Origin: Octopus vulgaris
Lineage: Eukaryota
Direction of reading: 5' to 3'
Assembly: GCA_951406725.2 (NCBI GenBank)
Contig: OX597814.1
Coordinates: forward strand, 182,838,001 to 182,902,000
DNA length: 64,000 nt
Shown here: positions 1 through 11,200 of the stretch, one piece after another
How positions within the stretch are numbered: position 1 is the first letter of the stretch
Layout: the number at the start of each line of letters is the position of its first letter
The notes under the pieces: generated by a model
The model's database searches: none
What the model was told of the DNA's origin: nothing
What the model saw: only the letters and a program-made list of their open reading frames with translations
Position numbers and translations under genes: made by a program

Positions 1-21
1 TGTCAGTTATCATTTACCCGT

Positions 22-81
22 CTCCTGAAAAGAAGCCAAATCACCAAAGCAAAAAATTACCGCTTAATTGCCTGCCAGACC
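22..81 (+). mobile_element. Short remnant of a non-LTR retrotransposon RT domain (R4/Dong-like)
   Basis: Translates LLKRSQITKAKNYRLIACQT, resembling the KNYRPIAC motif of non-LTR RTs; sits just upstream of the (TATG)n array. Confidence 0.5.
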
Positions 82-100
82 ATCAGGTGCGAGATCTACA

Positions 101-796
101 ATGTATGTATGTATGTATGTATGTATGTATGTATGTATGTATGTATGTATGTATGTATGTATGTATGTATGTATGTATGTATGTATGTATGTATGTTTTT
201 ATGTATGTATGTATGTATGTATGTATGTTTTTATGTATGTATGTATGTTTGTATGTATGTATGCATGCATTTACTTATGTATGTATGTATGCATTACTTA
301 TGTATTTATGTATGTATGCATGCATTTACTTATGTATGTATGCATGCATTACTTATGTATTTATGTATGTATGCATGCATTTACATATGTATGTATGCAT
401 GCATTTACTTATGTATGCATGTATTTATGTATGCATGTATGTTTGTATGCATGTATGCATGCATTTACTTATGTATGTATGTATGTATTTATGTATGTAT
501 GTATGTTTGTATGCATGTATGCATGCATTTACTTATGTATGTATGCATGCATTACTTATGTATTTATGTATGTATGCATGCATTTACATATGTATGTATG
601 CATGCATTTACTTATGTATGCATGTATTTATGTATGAATGTATGTTTGTATGCATGTATGCATGCATTTACTTATGTATGTATGTATGTATGTATGGATC
701 GATGTATGTATGTATGTATGCATGTATTTATGTATGTATGTATGTTTGTATGTATGTGTGCATGCATTTACTTATGTATGTATGTATGTATGTATG
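101..796. repeat. (TATG)n microsatellite decaying into a higher-order TATGCATGCATTTACT-type minisatellite
   Basis: Pure TATG at 101-195, then recurrent variant blocks (gcatgcatttactta); source of the MYVC/ACIY ORFs. Confidence 0.95.
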
Positions 797-1053
797 AGTT
801 GGTAGATAGCAGAAGACCAGCGCATAAACCTTTAAACTAAAGTTTAAGGATTGCCTTAAAAATGCTCCAATACAAACAGGAATTGCAGCTGGTGATCGGG
901 AGAGGGAGGTACAAGACCGTGATGGATGGAGGAAGATAGTGCATGATGGTTGTTCAAGGTTTGGGAGGGAGAGAATGAACTATGAGAGAATTAGGAGGGG
1001 TCTTAGAAGGAGGGAACCTGTGGAAAGTGAGAGAGTTGCTTTTTGTGTGAGTG
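796..1053 (+). mobile_element. RTE-clade LINE C-terminal fragment
   Basis: With frameshifts reads ELVDSRRPAHKP/KLKFKDCLKNA...QDRDGWRKIVHDGCSRFGRER, typical of the RTE/BovB ORF end (GxRxxxxPKLRxKD; DRxxWR). Confidence 0.75.
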
Positions 1054-1271
1054 GGCATACATGTATACAGATATTCGTATATACCTACTTGCGTAAATTC
1101 ATACACACACAAACATACATGGATGCATACATACATGTTTGGGTGCCTGTTTAGGGAAGCCGGTTTAGTCGATAGATATTTTTTTAATATTTTATTTCAG
1201 TCATTTGACTGTGGCCATGCTGGGGTACCGCCTTTCTCGGACTACAAGCGACTACCATTATACGTAGCCTG

Positions 1272-1427
1272 TGTTGTGTGGACGTCCCCAGACGTTAAAG
1301 TAGGCTAGCCCAATACGTAGATATAGAGGGAGAAGTCTGGACGTCAGAGTAGAGATGAGCGCAGTAGAGCACAGCTGAGTTGAGAGTAGAGTTGAGTAGT
1401 AGAGGCATCCGAACGTGCGACATAACA
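1272..1427 (+). mobile_element. LTR (TG...CA) of the same Gypsy family as 57310-57423, followed by a PBS-like TGG
   Basis: TGTTGTG...CATAACA; shares gtaggctagcccaatacgtagatatagagggagaagtct and catccgaacgtgc with the LTR at 57310-57423; TGGTAACGA starts at 1430. Confidence 0.8.
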
Positions 1428-1764
1428 CATGGTAACGAAAGAGGCTGTTAATTATGGTTGGAGTGTCAACGGTCGTCCCAACAGTCGGAAGTGAGAGACC
1501 CATAGATTTTGTTTAGACATCTCTCTGGGAGAAGGAAATTTCGAAATAACACCCACCTCATTACGAAGGAGATTTTGTTTCTGGGTTATTTGACTTTGTA
1601 CGGGAGAGTCTTGGTGGCATTTTGTAAGGGATCTTTTCTGATTACCTTCATTTTTTGAAATTTTAAAATTAAGTTTTTGTGCAAATTTGTTGGTACATAA
1701 CTTAATGCACCTACGATGCACATTTTGCTCATGTTCTGTTGTTAATTTTACTGGCCACATTACT

Positions 1765-1908
1765 GCTTATCACGGATCGATTCCTGTGAGAATTTTGATG
1801 GCTCACCAGGCCTGCACAACTCAAACACCTCCTTCCACAAACCACACACACAAAAAGCAACACTCTCTCACTTTCCACAGGTTCCCTCCTTCTAACCCTC
1901 CTCCTAAT
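1765..1908 (-). mobile_element. RTE LINE 3' end with C2H2 zinc finger (inverted copy of the 990-1053 sequence)
   Basis: RRREPVESERVLLFVCVVCGRRCLSCAGLVSHQNSH; about 60 bp is nearly identical to 990-1053 in opposite orientation. Confidence 0.75.
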
Positions 1909-1916
1909 GAGAATCC

Positions 1917-2272
1917 ATAGCCTGGGTACAAGATCTGTAAGTTCCACATAAATTCACCATAGGACTTTTGATTGTACATTCACATATGCTGGGTTGCTGA
2001 TCTCTACAACTGTGCACGACATTTGTTCCCTGTCTCTTAGAACAATATCAGGTCTGTTATGCTTGCACTGAATTGATGTTTTTGCTGAAGTGTTACATAA
2101 GTATTCCCTGTTTTTAAAGGTGTGAATATCTGTTGGTTCTTATACGCTTTTGATATATACATCTGAGCAGTCCTTCCAATGGTTAGCATTGTAAATAATC
2201 TTTGCAACTATATTATGCCTCAGGGGCAGATAGTATTTCGTAGACATTTTGGGGGGCAGCTGCTGCTGATGT
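1917..2272 (-). mobile_element. R4/Dong-like non-LTR retrotransposon fragment (zinc-knuckle end and restriction-like endonuclease)
   Basis: Reads SSCP-KMSTKYYLPLRHNIVAKIIY...CKHNRPDIVLRDREQMSCTVVEISNPAYVN...YGEFMWNLQILYPGY (RH and RPD...E motifs of RLE domains). Confidence 0.8.
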
Positions 2273-2344
2273 ATGTATGTATAGAAATAAGATGGTAATT
2301 TATTTTCGAATGTCGTGACGCCGTTAGAAGAGCAGAAACATTCT

Positions 2345-2560
2345 CTCTTTTACTCTTTTGGTCTTTTATTTGTTTCAGTCATTTGACTGTGGCCATGCTG
2401 GAGCACCGCCTGTTTAGTCGAGCATATCGACCCCCAGGACTTATTCTTTGTAAGCCTAGTACTTATTATATCGGTCTCTTTTGCCGAACCGCTAAGTTAC
2501 GGGGACGTAAACAAACCAGCATCGGTTGTCAAGTTGGGGGGACAAACACAGACACACACA

Positions 2561-2615
<55 letters not shown>

Positions 2616-2799
2616 ACATATATATACATATATACGACGGGCTTCTTTCAGTTTCCGTCTACCAAATCCACTCACAAGGCTTTGGTCGGCCCGAGGCTAT
2701 AGTAGAAGACACTTGCCCAAGGTACCACGCAGTCGGACTGAACCCGGAACCATGTGGTTCGCAAGCAAGCTAACTTATCACACAGCCAATCCTACGCCT
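2345..2799 (-). mobile_element. SINE family A (tRNA head, CORE-like segment, internal (TA)n/(TG)n, GTAAAAGA tail)
   Basis: A-box tggctgtgtg, B-box ggttcagtcc, ccttgggcaagt segment, tail ccagcatggccacagtcaaatgactgaaacaa; more than 12 copies in the window. Confidence 0.9.
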
Positions 2800-2985
2800 A
2801 TATATTGAAAAATTACCCTTACAAAGCGGAAAAATTTATCAACAGACAGCCATGTAAGGGTAATTTACCAGTGTTTCTGCTGTTCTAATTGCATTTGAAA
2901 ATAAATTATCATCATATTTGTATCAACATACACATTTCAGCGCTTATAAAAAAAACAAAGAAACAAAAGTTAGTTTGTTTATATT

Positions 2986-3017
<32 letters not shown>

Positions 3018-3125
3018 TGTATGTATGTATGTATGTATGTATGTATGTATGTATGTATGTATGTATGTATGTATGTATGTATGTATGTATGTATGTATGT
3101 ATGTATGGATGGATGGATGCATGCA
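2986..3125. repeat. (TATG)n microsatellite
   Basis: Direct inspection. Confidence 0.95.
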
Positions 3126-3398
3126 TGCGTGTATCTGGAATTCACGGTCCTGTTATTTCAATTTCCATTCCTATTCTGGAATTCCCGATCTTATTACTTG
3201 AAAAGCTAATTATAAGCTAAGCTGCAAGGCAGCTTTAAAGTGCTCTGGTTGTTCAACAAGCGCTCCTTTATAGCATTCAAAGATCGTTCAGAACGAGTTT
3301 CTCAAAAACTAGTATCACACAACTGAAATAGACGAACCTCATTCTAAAAGAATCTACAGTTTGAAAATAAACGTCTTTATGGGGGAAGGAGAGGAAAG

Positions 3399-3438
<40 letters not shown>

Positions 3439-3498
3439 CGCACTCACAAAAAAGAAAAAAAACCAACTAAAACTATAGAAAAAGTTAGTATACATATT

Positions 3499-3731
3499 TG
3501 TTTCATTATTACCCACAAGGGGCTAAACATAGAGGGGACAAACAAGGACAGACAAACGGATTAAGTCGATTACATCGATCCCAATGCGTAACTGGTACTT
3601 AATTTATCGACCCCGAAGGGATGAAAGGCAAAGTCGACCTCGGCGGAATTTGAACTCAGAACGTAACGGCAGACGAAATACGGCTACGCATTTCGCCCGG
3701 CGTGCAAACGTTTCTGCCAGCTCGCCGCCTT
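3499..3731 (-). mobile_element. SINE family B (tRNA head plus Meta-domain-like core) with 17-bp TSD
   Basis: Head ggcggcgagctggcagaaacg, B-box gagttcaaattc, core gtcgactttgcctttcatcc...ggggtcgataaattaagtaccag; TSD aagttagtatacatatt at 3482-3498 and 3732-3748. Confidence 0.9.
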
Positions 3732-3751
3732 AAGTTAGTATACATATTAGT

Positions 3752-3951
3752 CAGTCGCCATGATAGATCGTTAGCCACTACACACATTTTCCCCTCCTTG
3801 TTTCTCTTCTTGTGTTTTCTGTGTCCCTTTCTGTAGAAGAGCGTAGGCTCGAAACGTAAAAGACTTTTTCTATTCCTGAGCGTTATACTAATACATCGGT
3901 TTGTTTTGTACATCACCTGTCTTCGTCTTTTGTTTTTTTCGTAAACTCTCC
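3752..3951 (+). mobile_element. 200-bp PLE-like insertion with 13-bp direct repeat, carrying an HHR-like motif
   Basis: tatacatattagt at 3739-3751 and 3952-3964; T-rich body; HHR-like motif at 3827-3862. Confidence 0.65.
3827..3862 (+). ncRNA. Minimal type I hammerhead-like motif (core variant CUGUAGA)
   Basis: cttt-CTGTAGA-a-GAGC gtag GCTC-GAAA-CGT-A-aaag: stems I and II pair, palindromic stem III ACGU, triplet GUA; A6 replaced by U. Confidence 0.55.
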
Positions 3952-4370
3952 TATACATATTAGTTGCTATTCGTGGGTTTTCCATGAATGTAACAGTTAG
4001 AAGTGCTTTTATTAATAATTCTATCATAGAAAAAGGCTTGGGTTTACCGCAGAATTGGATCTCATTAATTTGAACTTCAGTATGAACTAAAAGAAGAAAA
4101 AATATTGTGATAAGTAAAATATTTAAAAGACAGGAATTTTAAAAATTTCAGTATTTATTTTTTTTAGATATTTTTGCTGAATAAATTTTTATGCTTTCCT
4201 ATTCTTTGTCCAAAACTCTAAATCATTAAATAATTAAAAAAAAATTAAAGCTAGGGTCTATTCCTGAGAAACTCAAGAGAATCTTGGATTTCTTCTTTTA
4301 TATTCCTAATTACCCAGGAATGACGCACTGCAGGAAAGTGAGAAGCCAATGTGTGTGTGTATGTGTGTGT

Positions 4371-4409
<39 letters not shown>

Positions 4410-4450
4410 GATACATATACGCTCACACACCCATATGTGTAAGTACATGT

Positions 4451-4492
<42 letters not shown>

Positions 4493-4497
<5 letters not shown>

Positions 4498-4786
4498 TCA
4501 GTGGTTAGAGCGTCGTGAGCTTGTGAGTTCGATTCCCGGGCCGGGCTGCGTGTTGTGTTCTTCAGCCAGACACTTTATTTCACGTTGCTCCAGTTAACTC
4601 AGCTGCAGAAATGAGTTGCGACATCACTGGCGCCAAGCTGTATCGGCCCCCTTGCCTTTCCCTTGGATAACATCAGTGGTGTGGAGAGGAGAGGCTGCTA
4701 TGCATGGACGACTGCTGGCCTTCTACAAACAAAGGATAGCTTTCTAGGTGCAATCCAATGGTCATTCATGACCGAAGGGGTTCCCC
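4493..4786 (+). mobile_element. SINE family D
   Basis: tggctcagtggttagagc / gagttcgattccc boxes, cactttatttcacgttgctccag core, tail ...catgaccgaagggg; homologous to 37081-37408, 44768-45056 and 52711-53047. Confidence 0.85.
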
Positions 4787-4791
4787 ATACC

Positions 4792-4875
<84 letters not shown>

Positions 4876-4876
4876 G

Positions 4877-4921
<45 letters not shown>

Positions 4922-4925
4922 GCCT
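4792..4925. repeat. Compound (CTAT)n-(TG)n microsatellite
   Basis: Direct inspection. Confidence 0.95.
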
Positions 4926-5195
4926 GTGCGGGTGTTCAACAACAAAGACAGAAACACGGAAAACATGTTATGCAATTTCAAATACAAACAAAAATATAAC
5001 AACAGGTGTCTTTCGACTAATGAAGACGAATCAAATTGAGCTGGCGTAGTATAAAAGGGATAAATTATCTTGCGGACACTGTATTATTTCACAAATTGGT
5101 GATGCCGGCTATCTACAACAGTCCAATAAGCTTCACTCGTCGGGTAGTTCCGTGTTCTTATTCAGAACTGCAAATATTCCGTAGCGTATATAATA

Positions 5196-5636
5196 GATAA
5201 TAATAATGAAATTATTGTATACAGTGCTCAGGTGCACCACAACTTTTCAAAAGTGCATATAAAGCACGTGCCTTAATGTACAAATGTCTGGGAAGTGAAT
5301 AGTGTATGAGTCAGATACATGCTTGCGTGTGCATGGAGAGGAGAAAATCAGGTGTAGTGTTGGCGAATCTCCTGGAAGCATGGAAGTTTTGAAGGATGCA
5401 GTGCTCCGACAGCTGACAACTGATGCCGGCAGTTTGTTCCATGCTTCAGCAACTCTTAGCGTGAAAAAATGTTCCCTAAAGTCATGGGAGCTGTGCTGTT
5501 TTCTGACTTTGTAAACATGTCCACGGGTGTTAGACAGGTGGAGTTTGAAAAGGTGCTCAAAGTTATTGTTTGTAAGATGGTTGATAATTTTATGGGTGTC
5601 TGCCAAGTCAGCTGCCAGGCGTAGGAGTTTCAGTGT
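5196..5636 (-). mobile_element. CR1-group LINE 3' end with (TTA)n tail
   Basis: DLADTHKII...NTRGHVYKVRKQ...FFTLRVAEAWNKLPASVV...SFK, the canonical CR1/L2 ORF2 C-terminus, followed by a UTR and ttattattat. Confidence 0.85.
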
Positions 5637-5876
5637 ATAAACGAAGAGGAGAGTGGCGATTTATTCACATCCAAAACTCATCTAGTAAAAAGCTTTTTAC
5701 AGCATATATAACTCTGACTTATATATGTTTCGACTGCGGCGACTGCACATTGCTGTGTATGCAATTATGCATCCTAGTCACTGCAATTTCATCACGGGTC
5801 CATCACTCACGACGTCTTCAAAGTGAACTGATTAAAACAAGCTTCCGGCGTTGGTATTCAGTTAAAGGTGATAGCA

Positions 5877-6286
5877 TAGGCGCAGGAGTGGCTGTGTGGT
5901 AAGTAGCTTGCTAACCAACCACATGGTTCCGGGTTCAGTCCCACTGCGTGGCATCTTGGGCAAGTGTCTTCTGCTATAGCCCCGGGCCGACCAATGCCTT
6001 GTGAGTGGATTTGGTAGACGGAAACTGAAAAGAAGCCCGTCGTATATATGTATATATATATCTGTATGTGTGTGTTTGTGTGTCTGTGTTTGTCCCCCTA
6101 GCATTGCTTGACAACCGATGCTGGTGTGTTTACGTCCCCGTCACTTAGCGGTTCGGCAAAAGAGGCCGATAGAATAAGTACTGGGCTTACAAAGAATAAG
6201 TCCCGGGGTCGATTTGCTCGACTAAAAGGTGGTGCTCCAGCATGGCCGCAGTCAAATGACTGACACAAGTAAAAGAGTAAAAGAGA
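5877..6286 (+). mobile_element. SINE family A, full length
   Basis: taggcgcaggagtggctgtgtgg ... aagtaaaagagtaaaagag. Confidence 0.92.
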
Positions 6287-6482
6287 GAGAGAGAGCATTA
6301 CTTTTTAAATCCAATGGAAATTTTGATCTCATCATCACCTCTACTGGTATTACAGTTGAATCGTGGTTTCAAAATGTTTATTCAGAGTTCAGTTAATTGT
6401 AGGTCAGTGTTATATACGCTGTAGGAAACTTTTTAATAAAAGAAGTTTTGGATGTGAATAAATCTTCACTCTCCTCTTCGTT

Positions 6483-6614
6483 ATGTATGTATGTATGTAT
6501 GTATGTATGTATGTATGTATGTATGTATGTGTGTGTGTATATATGTATGTATGTATGTGTATATATGTATGTATCTACCTCCCTACCAACCTACCTACCT
6601 ACTTATCTACCTAC

Positions 6615-6675
<61 letters not shown>

Positions 6676-6705
6676 ACTCAATCAATCAATCAATCACTCA
6701 ATCAA
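6483..6705. repeat. Compound TATG/CTAC/CTAT/CAAT microsatellite
   Basis: Stepwise change of the tetranucleotide unit along the array. Confidence 0.95.
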
Positions 6706-6929
6706 ATATAAGGATAAAATCTATATAAGAATTTATCAAGTAGCCAGCGTGAAAAACCAATTCGGGAAAAAATTAATACAAAGAATATAATTTTTCTTTA
6801 AATATAAACACTTTAATTATATTAAGGGGTATTACTATAAGTAAACGCCTCACGCTGTAATGGGACTCTAAAGTCAAACTACTTCAATAAATATACTTTA
6901 GAGTCCTATATATATATATGATAAAATAA

Positions 6930-7178
6930 ACGCGACCTTTTAAAGCCTAGCCAAGCTCATGGGCCCGGTTTCCCGGTTTCAATGGCGTATGTATTCCCCA
7001 GCTGGACGGTACGCCTTTCCATCGCAGTGTTACTCATTTTCGCCAGCTGAGTGGACTGGAGTAACGTGAAATGAAGTGTTTTGCTCAAGAACACAACGCG
7101 TCGTCCGGTCTAGGAATCGAAACCACAATCTTACGATCATGATGCTGACACCCTAACCACCAAGCCACGCGCCTCCAC
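6930..7178 (-). mobile_element. SINE with family D/E-type head and core but a distinct tail
   Basis: Head ggcgcgtggcttggtggttaggg, core cttgagcaaaacacttcatttcacgttactccagtccactcagctg, tail ...gaaaccgggaaaccgggcccatgagc. Confidence 0.8.
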
Positions 7179-7308
7179 ACACACACACACACACATACAC
7201 ACACACATATACGAAGTGTACTAAGTAGCGTGTATAATATATATGAAATCGAAGCGGTTGGACTGAACTGCGTTTCACGCTACCGGGAGAGAGAGAGAGA
7301 GAGAGATA

Positions 7309-7400
<92 letters not shown>

Positions 7401-7524
7401 CAAATTTATTCATTAAATCGATTTATGTAACAATTATCTGTTTTCATGTAAGTATGTTTTGAGGAACTTGAATATATTTAAATAAAATTATACATCGAAG
7501 TACTTTAAAATAGTTTATTGACTT

Positions 7525-7730
7525 CAAATTTTGGCACAAATCCAGTAAGTTAGTTAGAGGGGGATGATAAGTTGATTACACCAACCACTATGTTCAGCTG
7601 GTACTTATTTTATCGATCTCGAAGGATGAAGGGCAAAGTCAACCTCCGGTAGCATTTGAAATCAGAAAGTAAAATCAGAAAAAATGCCGCTAAGTATTGT
7701 TTTCTGGCGTAGTAATTACTCTACCAGTTT
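7525..7730 (-). mobile_element. Diverged SINE family B
   Basis: ctggtacttattttatcga...ggatgaagggcaaagtcaacctc. Confidence 0.7.
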
Positions 7731-8086
7731 GCTGATTTTCATTGAAACACTCTGCTCTCACCTAGTTTTAATAGCTTCTCTTAGTCAAACAATTATCCAT
7801 GAAGTTACACGTTTTGTTGCCTGTTATACTCACAGCAGGCGAAATTCATATTATTTATGCTTATAAATTACATTTTGTATTCACCTGTTGCCTCTGATTA
7901 TCAATTTTTTCTAATCTGTATTTTAGAATATTTAGTTAAAAAAATGAAAAAAGAAAAACAAGAAAATGTCATAATGTACATCCAAAGGGATTATTTACAT
8001 TTCCTGTTTTCTGGCAAACTAAAATTATAATTTCGTTTTTGGATTTGGTTTGCAAGATTCTTTATATGAGTTCGTGTGTTGAAGCA

Positions 8087-8309
8087 TATTCTATTGTGTC
8101 TGAGGAGAGTAATTCTCTTTTTGTGCCTTGTTATGTAACACACTCACCGGTAAAATTTCCACGTTTTTCTTATTTTTATTGTCCAAAAATTTTCGTTGCG
8201 TCTTGCAACCTTTTCAATAAAAATAAGAAAAACGTGGAAATTTTACCGGTGAGTGTGTTACATAATAAGGCACAAAAAGAAAATGACTCTCCCCAGACAC
8301 AATAAAATA
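8087..8309. mobile_element. Fold-back (inverted-repeat) element, PLE-like, with an HHR-like motif in the loop
   Basis: 95-bp arms at 8087-8181 and 8215-8309; the loop on the minus strand reads TTGAAAA-g-GTTGC aagac GCAAC-GAAA. Confidence 0.7.
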
Positions 8310-8332
8310 GTAAACCTTTTAGCTAGTACTTT

Positions 8333-8600
8333 TTTCAGTCATTGCACTGCGGCCATGCTAGGCACTGCCTTCAAGGCTTTTAGTGAAACGAAACGATCCC
8401 CAATACTAATTAAAAAAAAAAGCCTGATACTTATTACATCAGTCTATTTTGCCGAACCGCTATTGTTATGGGGACGTAAAGAAACCAACTCCGGTTGTCA
8501 AGCGGTGGGTGGGGTAAACACTGGCACAAAGACACATCCATCCATCCATCCATCCATCCATACATACATACATACATACATACATACATACATACATACA

Positions 8601-8633
<33 letters not shown>

Positions 8634-8785
8634 TACAGGATTATTTCAGTTTCTGTCTACCAAATCCACTAACAAAGTCTTGGTCGTCTCGAGGCTATAG
8701 TAGAAGGTACCTGTTCAAGGTGTCATGCAGTGAGACTGAACTCGGAACCATGTGGTTGGCGAGCAAACTACTTACCACACAGCCA
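8333..8785 (-). mobile_element. SINE family A (older copy; internal CATC/CATA array)
   Basis: Homologous head and tail flanking a tetranucleotide array. Confidence 0.85.
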
Positions 8786-9086
8786 TATATTTTCTGTCAT
8801 CTCTTCAAATGCCATCTCTTCAAAATATACTTTACATTAATAATTTATTTATGATTATCTGTTGAAGTGTTATATGTTCTCAAGTGGAGACAAGCTTTCG
8901 ACCGTTTTATTTTTCTCATGTTCTCCATTATTAAAATGGAGTCCACCATTAGTGGCCTAATTTGCAGAAAACATACAGTTTAAAATAAATGTTAAGTAAT
9001 TATAATCGCAAGGAACAGCGGGGCATTTCGTCCGAACGAGTTGACCCAGCCATGGCTATATGGACTAATATTATCACTTGTTATAT

Positions 9087-9499
9087 ATAGGTGCAGGAGT
9101 GGCTCTGTGTTAAGTAGCTTGTTTACCAACCACATGGTTCCGGGTTCAGTCCCACTGCGTGGTACCTTGGGCAAGCGTCTTCTACTATAGCCTCGGGCCG
9201 ACCAAAGCCTTGTGAGTGGATTTGGTAGACAGAAACTGAAAGAAGCCCGTCGTATATATGTATATATATATATGTGTGCATGTGTGTGTATATGTTTGTG
9301 TGTCTGTGTTTGTCCCCCCAACATCGCTTGACAACCGATGCTGGTGTGTTTACGTCCCCGTATCTTAGCAGTTCGGCAAAAAAGACCGATAGAATAAGTA
9401 CTAGGCTTACAAAGAATAAGTCCTGGGGGTCGATTTGCTCGACTAAAGGCGGTGCTCCAGCATGGCCGCAGTCAAATGACTGAAATAAGTAAAAGAGTA
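9087..9499 (+). mobile_element. SINE family A, full length
   Basis: Near-identical to 5877-6286. Confidence 0.92.
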
Positions 9500-9883
9500 T
9501 AGTTCAATCATGAGCAAGCAGGTCTAGAAACAAAGACGTTTCACTTATGACTATTCTGTCCGTAGTACATCAAGCACTATATATGTGTTTAGTGTATCCT
9601 GTCTTTATTAAGACAGTGAGAAGTGCTATGAGGAAATTTTGGCTGCTATTTGAAGCAGGTAAAACAAAGCAAAACAAAACAAAAACAAACAAAACAACAA
9701 CGTAGTTTCCTAGGCTTTCAAGTTTGTTCGATCTAGTGTTATGTAGTCTGTCTAGGCGTTATTTATCCTTTTGATTACGTGAGAATTGCTTAATGCTGAT
9801 ACTTATTCAATGAAACGATTGGATTAGGGGTTAGGATAATCTGCTCATGACAACTAAATTAGAAAAGTAAAATATGTGTGTGT

Positions 9884-9952
<69 letters not shown>

Positions 9953-10049
9953 TGTGAGTGAGTGCGCGCGTGTGTGCAGAAAATACGATATTCAATACAG
10001 TGTTGTAGGTTATGGTACACTGAGTAAACAACATAGTGTGTCAAGCAAC

Positions 10050-10221
10050 GAAATGAAACTAGTAGATGACATTACGTGATCAATAGACGAGTGAAGAAAA
10101 TATTAATTCGTTTGTCTGTTATTCATGTAATTTTTAATACATGAATAACAAACAGATAAACGAAGTAAAATTTTCTTGTCTCATCTATTGATCACGTGAT
10201 GTCATCTACTAGTTCCATTTC
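10050..10221. repeat. Imperfect palindrome / fold-back element
   Basis: gaaatgaaactagtagatgacattacgtgatcaataga... pairs with ...tctattgatcacgtgatgtcatctactagttccatttc; 8-nt loop at 10130-10137. Confidence 0.85.
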
Positions 10222-10280
10222 ATTAAACAAAATTAAAAATAAGAACTCCGCCTGGAAATGTAAATCAAATAGTGTTAATA

Positions 10281-10805
10281 TTAGGTTGTTCCGAAAATAA
10301 TGGCCGATTTCAGAGACATAATTTTATTCTGGAAAAATTAGCAATAGAAATATTTTGATTAGTCAAAGTATGAGCCGTGGACATCTCTGCATCTCTGCCA
10401 TCAATCAAGATTATTTATGTTTCTTGATAAAAACTTCTTGGCTTTGATGCTAAGAAATCTTTGAAAGCTGATCCCACCTCTGGTCTAGACCTGGAAGTTT
10501 TATCTCTTAAAAACGTGTATAAATGCTTTAAAAAATGGCAGCCAGTGGGTGAAAGATCAGGAAAATATGGAGGTTGTGGTAATCTCTTATCCCAAGTCTG
10601 TGAGTTTCTACAAGTCTGTGAGTTTCTTGCAACATGTGGCTTTGCATTATCGTGGAGTAGAATTGGGCCACGCCGATTCACCAATGTAGGTTTTATTTTT
10701 TGCTAGTGAGCATGCATTTCTGCGAGTTGATTGCAGTAAACCTCTGCTGTAATGCTCTGATTGGCTTCCAGAAAGCTGTAATGGACAATACCAATTGCAG
10801 ACCAC
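10281..10805 (-). mobile_element. Mariner transposon remnant (3' TIR and transposase C-terminal half)
   Basis: TA-TTAGGTTG TIR at 10279; ITAEVYCNQL...NRRGPILLHDNAKPH...PPYFPDLSP (HDNA and YSPDLAP motifs). Confidence 0.9.
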
Positions 10806-10809
10806 CAGA

Positions 10810-11200
10810 CAGTCACCATAATCATTCGGGTCTTCTCTGCCATTCTTATACATTCACCATATGATAGTTTAGTCCTGCCCTTGATGTTATGAAACCATTT
10901 TCTTCAAGGTTTTCCTCTCGAGCGTTTGCCTTTTTCTGTCCTTCTCGTAATAATCTTTGTATACCCTTGTATGTTCTCACTATGTTACCAATCTTTTTGT
11001 ATTTGCTGTCTGTAGCACCTCTCCGCTAGTTTTATGTTTTGTCCATGATATTCTTAATATTCTTCTGTATGTCCACATTTAAAAATGTGGACTTATAGAA
11101 AATAGCTTCTATCGTATCACATATCGTATCATCAATGTCTATGTTTCTGTACCATGTAATAGTGTGGACCATATGTAACATTTTGCAATAAGCAGTGATT
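10810..11200 (-). mobile_element. RTE-clade LINE 3' fragment abutting the mariner
   Basis: MWTYRRILRISWTKHKTSGEVLQTA...GIQRLLREG...RGKP*RKWFHNIK. Confidence 0.75.

Noticed and set aside
68-840. Long ORFs of 189-243 aa (MYVC repeats)
   Set aside because: Translations of the stop-free TATG microsatellite; the same applies to the HT/YI/LS repeat ORFs elsewhere in the track.
2383-2808. Recurring ORFs with FRLPNPLTRLWSARGYSRRHLPK
   Set aside because: Antisense translation of SINE A copies, not a protein family.
2810-2866. 14-bp inverted repeat aaattacccttaca/tgtaagggtaattt
   Set aside because: Real but too short to assign; no TSD or ribozyme motif, and prokaryotic terminator logic does not apply.
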